This document shows positions 22,301-30,200 of a stretch of 34,570 nucleotides of DNA, one piece after another. Each line of letters begins with the position of its first letter. The first letter of the stretch is position 1. The translations under genes were made by a program, and so were the position numbers. The stretch is from Lama guanicoe. Lineage: Eukaryota. Location of the stretch: NCBI GenBank assembly GCA_013239625.1, contig MU053385.1, positions 156,958 through 191,527 on the forward strand. The letters are read 5' to 3'. A model generated the notes under the pieces. That model saw only the letters and a program-made list of their open reading frames with translations, was not told the DNA's origin and made no database searches.

Positions 22301-25289
22301 GGGGTGGGTCAGTTGCTTGTGGGTCACCTCCGTGGTGTGACAGTTGCAGGTCTGCCCACACACACCCTGGAGGGCTTTGTCGGCCCAGCCTGAGCCTCCT
22401 CCCCGCTGCGCCCCTCAGCTGGTGCTTGGGCAGGATCCTGGGGACGGGGCCCTGATGACGGGGGCCCAGAGGGAGGAGTGGGCGCGGCTGCTCAGAGGGG
22501 CTCCTCTTCCGCCGGGTGCAGCCCCAAAGCCCACTTCATGCCAAGCCCAGAGGAGCACTCAGCTAACGCTGGCGTCTGGGGAAGGCTGTCCGGCCATCAT
22601 GTGAAGAAGTGTGTCCCAGGAAGGCCACTGCTCTGTGGGGTCTGGGCCCTGAAGGGTCTTGGGGAAGAGAGGTGGGGAGACTGGTGATCTGAGCCCCCGA
22701 CGGGATGTGCTCCTGTAACCCTCCTTGGCAGGGTCCCGTGGGGATGTCGCCTCGGACCGAGGAAGCCCCTGATCTGCCAGGCCCAAGGCTAGGGGTGGTG
22801 CTGAGACTGGGTGCTGTCCGCACACCACAACCCTCGGCCCCTAACACGGGTGCTGGCCTTGCAGACTGTCCAGGACGGCCGCCAGTTTCTGAAGTATGTT
22901 GACCCCAGGCTGGGGGTCCCACTGCCAGAGAGGGACTATGGGGGCAACTGCCTCATCTATGACCCAGACAATAAGACCGACCCCTTCCACAATGTCTGGG
23001 TGAGTGTCCAGAGGGGTCACTGGGCATCAGGAGGTCCGGAAACCGAGTCGTCTGTGGATTGGATGGGGTGGGGCAGCATGAGCCCCAGCAGGTGCTGACC
23101 CCTCCTTCCTGACCTGGGGCTCTCCTCGGCTCAGCGCCCTCCTGGAGCGGTGTGAGGACCGAGGGTGGGGACGCCCTCCCAGCTGTGGCGGGGTTACGTC
23201 CCAGCTCACGACTAGGGCCCAAGCACCAGGATGGGGGCCAAGCATGTGGGGTGGGGGGACCCTGAATGGGATGGGGGGCTGAGCACCAGGCCTATGTCCT
23301 TCCCCTCACAGGACAAGCTGGACGGCTTTGTGCCTGCACACTTTATTGGCTGGTACCTGAAGGTAGGCACCTCCTCATTGTGCAGAACACCTGGTTTCGG
23401 GTCAGTCATGGAGGACAGGTGGGCTGTCTAGAGGGTCTGTAAGACCACCTGGGCTCAGGGTCCTTACTGGGCCGAGCATCCTGGGCGTGCCACGGTGGCT
23501 ACTGAAGAGCAAAGCAGAGGGACAGCCGGGAGGCCTCTGGCCCCCATTCCTGCCAGCCCCCAGCGGCTGAGCCTGAGGGCCGACCTCACATGCCCTCAGC
23601 TTGGGGACGCGAGTAGACACACCTGAGAGCTGCCTGAAGGCCTTACATCGGGGTGCTTGGGGACTGGTGCGCCTTTGCTGATGCCTCAGCTGAGGGTGCT
23701 GCGGGCTGGGTAGGAAGGAGGCCTGGGAGGGCTGTAAGTGGGGGCCCGTTGCGTGCTGACGCACGGCTGGCCCGCAGACCCTGATGATCCGGGACTGGTG
23801 GATGTGCACGATCGTGAGCGTGGTGTTTGAGTTCCTGGAATACAGCCTGGAGCACCAGCTGCCCAACTTCAGCGAGTGCTGGTGGGACCATGTAGGTGCC
23901 GGCTGCCCGCCTGCCCACTGAGCCCCGTGTCCCTGACCCGGGCCCGCCACACCATCGCTGGGGGAGGCACATGGTGCAGGCTCCCCGTGGACCGGGCCGG
24001 ACGGAGTTGGGTCTGTGGCACCCACCTCCCCCGGCTCCCGCCCCCAGTGGATCATGGACGTGCTCGTCTGCAACGGGCTGGGCATCTACTGCGGCATGAA
24101 GACCCTCGAGTGGCTGTCCCTGAAGACGTACAAGTGGCAGGGCCTCTGGAACATCCCAACCTACAAGTATGTCCCAAGAGCCACCCTGCCCCTCGGGGCC
24201 TCGGCGTCCCTGCCGGCCCTTCTCGGGACCACCCCGCCCTGGCCGCCCTCCCTGGGGGAAGTGGTCCAGGAAGAGACCTGGGGGCGGGGGGGGGCGAGGT
24301 GGTGGCAGTGCCGCCCCAGGTGACAGCCCTGGTTCTAGGGGCAAGATGAAGAGGATCGCCTTCCAGTTCACGCCCTACAGCTGGGTGCGCTTCGAGTGGA
24401 AGCCCGCGTCCAGTCTACGCCGCTGGCTGGCCGTGTGCGGCATCGTCCTGGTGGTAAGGCTGACGGCCTCCCGCGCGCGGCCCCTGGGCACCGGGCTCAC
24501 CCCCACCCTCCTCTGCCCCCAGTTTTTGTTGGCAGAACTGAACACGTTCTACCTGAAGTTCGTGCTGTGGCTGCCCCCCGAGCACTGCCTGGTCCTCCTG
24601 CGGCTGGTCTTCTTCGTCAACGTGGGCGGCGTGGCCATGCGGGAGATCTACGACTTCATGGACGACCCGTGAGGGCCGCGGGGGCCGGGGAGGCACGGGA
24701 GGAGCCGTGCTGCCGCTCGGGCCGAGCTGGCCTGCACGGCCTCAGCCGACGCCTCCCCCGCAGGAAGCCCCACAAGAAGCTGGGCCAGCAGGCCTGGCTG
24801 GTGGCGGCCATCACGGTCACGGAGCTGCTCATCGTGGTCAAGTACGACCCGCAGACGCTCACGCTGTCCCTGCCCTTCTACATCTCCCAGTGCTGGACGC
24901 TCGGCTCCGTGCTCGCCCTCACCTGGACCGTCTGGCGCTTCTTCCTGCGGTGAGCCCGCACGCCACGGCCCTGCGCCTCCGGGCCTCTTCCTGGTCGGGT
25001 CCGAGGTGCCAGGCCCTGCACGGCTCTGCCCTGCCCGCGCTGGCACCCGCGGGGGGCGCGTCCGCGGGGCAGTGGCAGGGACCTCCAGGGCCCAGCTGGT
25101 GGTGACGCGGCCCCCGCTGCCACCAGGGACATCACCCTGAGGTACAAGGAGACCCGGCGGCAGAAGCAGCGGAGCAGGGCCGACGGCAGTGTGGACGGCG
25201 GTGTGGACGGGCACGGGCACCCGCCTGGGCCGGACGACTCCTTGGGGCCAGAGGAGGCCGCGAGGGAGGGGGTGCCGGCTCCGAATTGA
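1140..25289 (+). CDS. PTDSS2: Phosphatidylserine synthase 2, complete spliced CDS: join(1140..1321,8062..8163,14075..14157,17890..17957,22865..22999,23312..23362,23778..23891,24048..24166,24339..24453,24523..24668,24764..24949,25127..25289), 1464 nt, 487 aa
   Basis: All 11 introns are GT-AG and the phases join into one open frame: MRRGERG...[27 protein letters not shown]...[16 protein letters not shown]...[33 protein letters not shown]...[12 protein letters not shown]...EGVPAPN*. Recognised as PSS2; length matches the human protein as I recall it; adjacent to RNH1 as in other mammals. Confidence 0.98.
4630..5620 (-). mobile_element. Highly decayed L1M fragment (antisense); boundaries approximate
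   Basis: Patches such as ttcctgaagggtatttttgctggatgtgggaccctggttt resemble antisense ancient L1. Confidence 0.35.
6300..6570 (+). mobile_element. L1 ORF2 fragment (sense)
   Basis: cctaaatgggagatgttccttg...aattcttcccgcactaatttataaattcagtgcaattctaattagaatcc corresponds to the decayed ORF2 'LPKLIYRFNAIPIKIP' region. Confidence 0.65.
6600..7265 (-). mobile_element. L1 ORF2/3' end fragment (antisense)
   Basis: Minus-strand peptide [34 protein letters not shown] resembles the L1 ORF2 C-terminal region (WEKIFA...SDKGL...YKELLQLN). Confidence 0.8.
8062..8163 (+). CDS. PTDSS2: PTDSS2 exon 2 (102 nt)
   Basis: Acceptor ttgcctttcag|; [33 protein letters not shown](R); donor AG|gtaccg. Confidence 0.96.
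8330..9081 (-). mobile_element. MER21-like solo LTR
   Basis: Blocks recalled from MER21: caagtcccggttgccctgtgcttccgactggctggctgtgagtcggtttcccaccaccccctcc...aatttgttagagcagtttacggaactcagagaa...gaggaacagccag; the reverse complement of the right end reads tgcgacacagtgatttataac. Confidence 0.7.
11110..13212 (+). mobile_element. L1MC/L1MD-type element: ORF2 3' part plus long 3' UTR (sense)
   Basis: agtcttttcaacaa...aaatggattatagacttaaatg...ttcattaaaattgaaaacttctgctctgcaaaa; 3'UTR block aacaatttgagcaacaaaatc...ataacccaaagtg; ends ttttctgttctaaaattaaaaggtt. Confidence 0.8.
14075..14157 (+). CDS. PTDSS2: PTDSS2 exon 3 (83 nt)
   Basis: Acceptor ttctttatttgcag|; [27 protein letters not shown]; donor CAG|gtaact. 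Confidence 0.96.
14785..15260 (-). mobile_element. Ancient L1ME-type 3' end (antisense)
   Basis: AT-rich block tatttattgtagaacatttcgaaaatac...aataaccactg...tttccagttttattgtaataaac typical of antisense L1ME ends. Confidence 0.55.
17147..17360 (-). mobile_element. L1MA-type 3' end (antisense)
   Basis: tgtaagttgaaggtatacagtatgacgatttgat...gtggtgagaacgtgtaccatctactctctcagca. Confidence 0.65.
17385..17630 (+). mobile_element. L1 ORF2 (RT region) fragment (sense)
   Basis: tatgaccaaattgcttttatcccgggaattcgggaatggtttaacac is a decayed '[15 protein letters not shown]'. Confidence 0.7.
17890..17957 (+). CDS. PTDSS2: PTDSS2 exon 4 (68 nt)
   Basis: Acceptor tgtgtctttgcag|; (A)[22 protein letters not shown]; donor CAG|gtaagc. 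Confidence 0.96.
18590..21460 (-). mobile_element. Cluster of nested antisense L1 fragments, including an L1MB-type 3' end at about 19690-20500 and an ORF2 RT fragment at about 21140-21430
   Basis: ttgtagtaaaaaaacataacatacaattt...cagctcagtggcatgaagcaca...catctccagaact; cattcctgggataaatcccacttgggcatggtgt...gtattctgttgaggatttttgcgtct (antisense of 'DAKILNKILAN...[10 protein letters not shown]'). Confidence 0.75.
21490..21890 (-). mobile_element. L1MC/L1MD-type 3' UTR fragment (antisense), homologous to 12449-12783
   Basis: Reverse complement aligns by eye with the copy in intron 2 (ttgagcaacaaaatcaac.gagta...ataaccca.agtg.aac..gacgtcc.tgaggcc.tg...gtcggggagaaga..caagtctccca.gcaga). Confidence 0.8.
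22865..22999 (+). CDS. PTDSS2: PTDSS2 exon 5 (135 nt)
   Basis: Branch-like cctaac then ccttgcag|; [45 protein letters not shown] (contains N-K-T sequon); donor TGG|gtgagt. Confidence 0.96.
23312..23362 (+). CDS. PTDSS2: PTDSS2 exon 6 (51 nt)
   Basis: Acceptor ccttcccctcacag|; [17 protein letters not shown]; donor AAG|gtaggc. Confidence 0.96.
23778..23891 (+). CDS. PTDSS2: PTDSS2 exon 7 (114 nt)
   Basis: Acceptor cccgcag|; [38 protein letters not shown] (conserved PSS core); donor CAT|gtaggt. Confidence 0.96.
24048..24166 (+). CDS. PTDSS2: PTDSS2 exon 8 (119 nt)
   Basis: Acceptor cgcccccag|; [39 protein letters not shown](K); donor AA|gtatgt. Confidence 0.96.
24339..24453 (+). CDS. PTDSS2: PTDSS2 exon 9 (115 nt)
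   Basis: Acceptor ggttctag|; [38 protein letters not shown]; donor GTG|gtaagg. Confidence 0.96.
24523..24668 (+). CDS. PTDSS2: PTDSS2 exon 10 (146 nt)
   Basis: Acceptor ctctgcccccag|; [48 protein letters not shown](P); donor CC|gtgagg. Confidence 0.96.
24764..24949 (+). CDS. PTDSS2: PTDSS2 exon 11 (186 nt)
   Basis: Acceptor ctcccccgcag|; [61 protein letters not shown](R); donor CG|gtgagc. Confidence 0.96.
25127..25289 (+). CDS. PTDSS2: PTDSS2 exon 12, coding part (163 nt, stop TGA at 25287-25289)
   Basis: Acceptor gccaccag|; [53 protein letters not shown]. Confidence 0.94.
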
Positions 25290-25414
25290 GAACGGACGCT
25301 GCGCCTCAGCCGCGTGGAGCCCGGGCCCGCCGCCCTCCATCTGCTGGGATTCCCGCTGGGCCTCAGCCCTCAAGGTTTTCTTTTCCTTTTCTCCCACATG
25401 CACAGTGGGGCCAG

Positions 25415-25470
25415 GCGTGTGTGTGTGTTCGGGGGGGTGTGCGTGCGGGCGTGTGGGCGTGCGTGCGTGC
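25415..25470 (+). repeat. Imperfect (GT)n/(GCGT)n simple repeat in the PTDSS2 3'UTR
   Basis: gcgtgtgtgtgtgttcgggggggtgtgcgtgcgggcgtgtgggcgtgcgtgcgtgc. Confidence 0.7.
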
Positions 25471-25871
25471 TCCTGGCTCCTGAGGCTCTGGGGCTCGCCC
25501 TGGGCCACGGCCTCCCCTCTCTGCGCAGTCACCCCGCCGGCCTCGTCCGCACTGAGCCTTGGCACCCACTGAGCGGCTCGGCCCGAGCGGCAGCTTCGCG
25601 GTGCCCCCTTGGCTCCCTGGACCCTGGCTGCGCCCTGCGGGCCCCACGACTCCCCTGGCAGCCCGTGCAAAGGATGATCACCCGGGAGCGCCCTGCGGCC
25701 GCTGAGAAAGGGCAGATCCTTCCCTTGGGGGCTTTCACCTGACCTTCCGACCTGGAGGGTGTGCGGCCGGGGCTGGGGGTGGGGTCGGATACTCCAAGGC
25801 CAGGCAGCCTGGCGGGTCGTGGGGTCTCCGTGCCCCCAGAGTTGAGCTCATCCCCACGAGCAAACAGAACA

Positions 25872-25877
25872 AATAAA
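25872..25877 (+). terminator. PTDSS2 polyadenylation signal AATAAA
   Basis: First AATAAA after the stop codon (about 580 nt of 3'UTR), followed by a U/GU-containing stretch (ggtctgtcgctctgcgtctcc). Confidence 0.8.
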
Positions 25878-27053
25878 AGCCACAGTGAAGGTCTGTCGCT
25901 CTGCGTCTCCTCGCTGCCCTCTTCCTGTCGCTGCCAAGCCCTGCAAGGTGCCCAGGACCCTGGCTTCCACACACCCCCACTGGAAGGAAGCAGGTGGCCT
26001 CTTGCTAACCCGCTGCCCTCACCTCTGCCGTAGCCTGTGCCACCACGGACACCGTCCCCACCCCAGGTGCCCCGCTGTCTCTTGGCTTCTCAGCCTCTGG
26101 CTTCCGTGAGCTGACCTCGCTTTGGGGGTGTGTGGCGGGGGTCTCAGTGTGCCCCACCCAGAGGCCCGCCTGCTGCTGTCCCTGCGTCAGCTTTGCTCTG
26201 GGCTGACCCACTGCAGGGACACCAGGTGTCCTGTCCGCCCAGCTAGCTCCGCCCGAGGTTCAAGTCACTGGGTTTGTGGTCACTCTGGGTCACAGCCTGC
26301 CTCCCTCCCTGTGGGGTGGAGACCCCCGCTGGCTTCTGGCGCGAGATGCACGCAGGCCCACGTTGTGCGTCTCCTGCCCAGACCCGAGGGCAGCTGCTTC
26401 CTTCCAGTGGGGGTGTTTAGAAGCCAGGGTCCTGGGCACCACGAAGGACTTTTGCAGCGACAGAAGTTACTGCCCAAGGACCAGACCCTTTGAAAGCCGC
26501 CCAGTGTCTGCTGCTCGATTGTGCTGGTCAGGGCAGGTCACCCCTATGCTGCCCACCTGTGGCACGGTGAGGCCAGCTAGACGGAGGACCCTGCCCTCCC
26601 GTCCACGGGGCTCTGGCCTCCACCAGGAACGCGTTCTGGAGCCGGCCACTTACAGGTGCAGCCGCGAGCCGGGAGCTGGGAGCAGCTCCCAGGCGGGTTT
26701 CCGGCCCACATGCCAGGCGCCCAGGTGAGCTGCTGACGACCAGAGGCTGCTGTCCCTCTGAGGGCAGGGGGGACGTTCTGGTGCCCCTCAGTGTGGGCAG
26801 GACGCCGTCCTCGCAGACCCTGAGGATGTGAACGCCTGTGGGGGGAGGTGGCCTCCAGGACCGCAGGGAGCAGGACCCTGCCAGCACCCAGGTAGCTCGG
26901 GCACATCCACGGCCAGGCCTCCCAGAACTCACTCAAAGCTGCTCAGTTTGTGGTTATCGGGCAGCAAGAGCCTCGCGAAAACGTTGCTCCCTCGACACCA
27001 GCACCTCGCAGGAACCACAGGGACGGACAAGGACCCCTCTTGCCACAAAAGTG

Positions 27054-27059
27054 TTTAAT
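27054..27059 (-). terminator. RNH1 polyadenylation signal ATTAAA (variant hexamer)
   Basis: tttaat on + is ATTAAA on -, about 110 nt after the stop, in a locally AT-rich patch followed by U/GU-rich sequence on the minus strand. Confidence 0.75.
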
Positions 27060-27168
27060 GATTATAAAGTGCCTAAAATTCTCTCGCAGAGATAAGTTGA
27101 TTTGAGCGTTTCTCTCAGTTAAAGCTGGGACACCCCGAGGGGGGAGGCGGGCTGTGCACGGCGGCGCC

Positions 27169-27256
27169 TCAGGAGATGACCCTCAGGCTGGGCTTGCTCC
27201 TCTCCAGGGCCCTCAGGCGGTCCTCCACCTCCTCCGTCCAATAGATGTCATAGAGG
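27169..27256 (-). CDS. RNH1: RNH1 last exon, coding part (88 nt)
   Basis: Acceptor ctctccctccgcag|; [28 protein letters not shown], stop TGA (tca at 27169-27171). Confidence 0.96.
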
Positions 27257-30200
27257 CTGCGGAGGGAGAGGCAGGGTGGGCCGTGCCCGCCCGCGTGCCG
27301 GCCCGCCCCCGCCCCCGCCGCCCACTTACACCAGCTGCTCCAGGGCACAGCCGGGCTGGTCCAGGCTGCCCAGCAGCTGCAGGACACCAGGGTCGCCCAT
27401 GCAGTTGTTGCTCAGGTCCAGCTCGCGCAGGCTCTGGTTGGCCAGCAGGAGCGCCGCGAGCCCACCGCAGCCGCCATTAGACACGTCGCAGTCCCCCAGC
27501 CTGGGTGGAGAGCAGGGCAGAGGTTGGGGCAGAGGACACCAGTGACCGGCCTAGTGACCTGGGCCATGCTCGTGGCCCCGGCGTCACAGCTCTCCCCCCA
27601 CCTCAGCCTGGAGGCGCAGAGCTCCCCTCTGCGGGCACAGCAGCCACAGGCTGGACTCAGGACCCCAACTCCTTGCTTCCTCACCCCCGAGCCCGGCTGG
27701 GTGGGGCGGAGGCTCTACAGAGGCCAAGGGGATGGCTGGGGACAGGAGGCACGAGGGCCAAAGGAAGGTTAGAGGTGCCGGCTCCCGCTGGGGGGGGGCA
27801 GCGGCGCGAGGCCCAGGGGCCCCCAGCGCCACAAGACCACCATGCCGAGGGGCCGCGCCGGGGCAGACCCAGGTGTCAGGGACCACAGCCCCTCTCCCCG
27901 CCTGACGTCAGAGTGTCCCCAAGACCCTGGAGGCAGGACAGTGTCCCCTGGCAGGATGCAGGAGGGTCCCGCCTGGGGCTCAGCTGCAGGGCCGGCTGTC
28001 TAGGGCTCCTCGGCCCCACCTTCGCCTGGTGCCCGGGATGACCACCGTCCCAGGGGAGCCACCAGTGGAAGGCAGGCAAGGACACAGAACAGAGGAAAAA
28101 CAGTGACGGCAGAAGTGAAAGGCTGAGCAGCTGGGCTGGAAGACAGAACAGGGAGCCTGGAGGCCGGCCCACCAGGCCAGCAGAGGACCCTGGAGCACGA
28201 CACGACATGCTCCTTCAGTGCAGCCAGCACCCAGCACGCACGGTGCCGGGAGCACGAGCCAGCTCACGCCAGGCAGCACGGAGCAGGGCCCCGCCGACGA
28301 GGGCCTGGCAGGCAGGCGAGCGCAGGCCGGGGCGGAAGCTGCTCTGGGTGGGGGCCGAGAAGAGAACACCCAGAAGGCTGCGTGGGGACAGGGCTCCCGC
28401 ACGGGAGGGGGCCCTGCCGCCCCGCGCAGGCACACTCGCGCTCCGCCCGCTGGCTCACCAGAGCGCACGCAGCACGCAGCCGGGCTGGCGCAGGCCCCGG
28501 CAGAGCTCCTGGACGCCCGCGTCACCCAGCTTGTTGCTGCTCAGCTGCAGCTCCAGGAGACGCTTGTTCCGGGCCAGCACGGTGCTGAAGTGGGGGCAGC
28601 AGGCGGCCGTGAGGCTGCAGGACTTCACCCTGCGGGAGGCAGGCAGAGACTGAGGTCACTGCAGACCTGAGCCCGAGGGGCGCCCCTCCCAGGGCCCCCT
28701 CCCACTCCTCCTGGCTTCTGGGCAGCTCAACCTCAGCACCTCGTCCCTGCCCTCCCTCCGAGGAAGCTCCGGCCCCCAGGCCACAAGCCTCCTCACGGGG
28801 CGCACGCTCACCACAGCATCTCCAGCTGGCAGCTGGGCTGCAGCAGGCTCTCACACAGCAGCTGGGCGCCCTCGTCACCCAGGTGGTTGCCCGCCAGACT
28901 GAGCTCCTTCAGGGTCTCCTTGGCCCTGAGGACGCGGCACAGGTCTCTGCAGCCGCTGGTGGTGACCTCACATTCCCAGAGCCTGCGGGGGGGCGGGGGT
29001 GCTCGGGCTGTCACTGCAGGGCCAGCGGGGCGATGCCGGCCCCACGTCAGCACAGCGGCACTCTTGGACGTCCCCCGCCGCGCCCGGCCGCTCTGCAGGC
29101 CCTGCCCGCCCAGCCCGCCCAGCCCGGGGGCCGACTCACCACAGGGTCCTGAGCTGGGAGCCAGGGCTCAGCAGCCCGGGACACAGGTCCGCGACGCCCG
29201 CGTCGCCCAGCGCGTTGCTGCCCAAGTCCAGCTCTCTCAGCGAGGCCTGGGCAGCCAGGATGCCACACAGGTCCTTACAGTTGGCTGCCGTGAGGCCACA
29301 GTTCTCCAGCCTGGGGACACAAGAGGTGCCGGGAGCCGGGGAGCCCCGCCCGCAACCCCCCACCCCGGCCCAGACCTTACTTGAGCGTCTCCAGCTGGCA
29401 GGCGGAGTCCGCCAGGCCCCGGCACAGCGTCCGGATGCCCGCCTCGCCGATGTCATTGTTGCTCAGAGCGAGCTCCTTCAGCTTCTGCGTGGCCCTGAGC
29501 ACGGCAGCCAGGGGCTCGCAGCTGGCGGCAGTCAGGTTGCAGTACTCCAGCCTGGGGACAGGTGGCCGGCCAGCCCCTCACTCGCAGGAATGCGTCCGGG
29601 CCGGCAGGCCGAGGGCCTCCCTTCCCACCCCGGACAGTGGGCGGCGGAGACCCAGGAGAGAGAACACCTGTCCTGAGCCGGGCCTTTCTGGCCCAGCTTC
29701 CTTCCTCGGCCGCTGACCCCACCCGTGTGCTCACGGCCACTCCTGCTTGTGCGCGGGGTCATAGGCCAGCTGCCAGCTCCTCCGGCCTCAGCTGGGAGTC
29801 AGGGAGCAGGAGGTCTGCAGGACCCCGAGATCCCCCTCAAAGCTCCCTGAAGCTGATGAGCTGGGGACGGGGCTTCCCAGGGGACAGGTGGGTGCAGGGC
29901 TGGGGGTGGGCCTAGGGGGAGCGGGCACACACTCACTGCAGCTTCTCCAGTTGGCACTTGGGGTCCAGGAGCCCCTCGCAGAGCAGCTGCAGGCCGGCGT
30001 CCCCCAGCGGGTTGTGGCTGAGGTGCAGCTCCTGCAGGGTGGGCAGGGAGCGCAGCAGGCCGGGCAGGGCCCCGCAGCCGGCCTCCGTCAGGGAGCAGTT
30101 CTGGAGGCTGGAGCACGTGGCCGTCAGCGGGGCCCCACGCGATACAAGCCACTCCCGTCTCTAGGAGCCTGGGCAAGGCGCCTGTGTGGGCGCCCACAGG

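Noticed and set aside
23892..24047. PTDSS2 intron 7 (156 nt, multiple of 3) as an in-frame retained intron
   Set aside because: Contains an in-frame TGA at its tenth codon.
24167..24175. Possible U12-type donor (AA|gtatgtcc) in intron 8
   Set aside because: Does not match GTATCCTT and there is no TCCTTAAC branch point; an ordinary U2 GT-AG intron.
24648..25670. 340-aa antisense ORF across PTDSS2 exons 10-12, and the similar antisense ORFs over RNH1
   Set aside because: Shadow ORFs caused by high GC3 codon usage on the coding strand.
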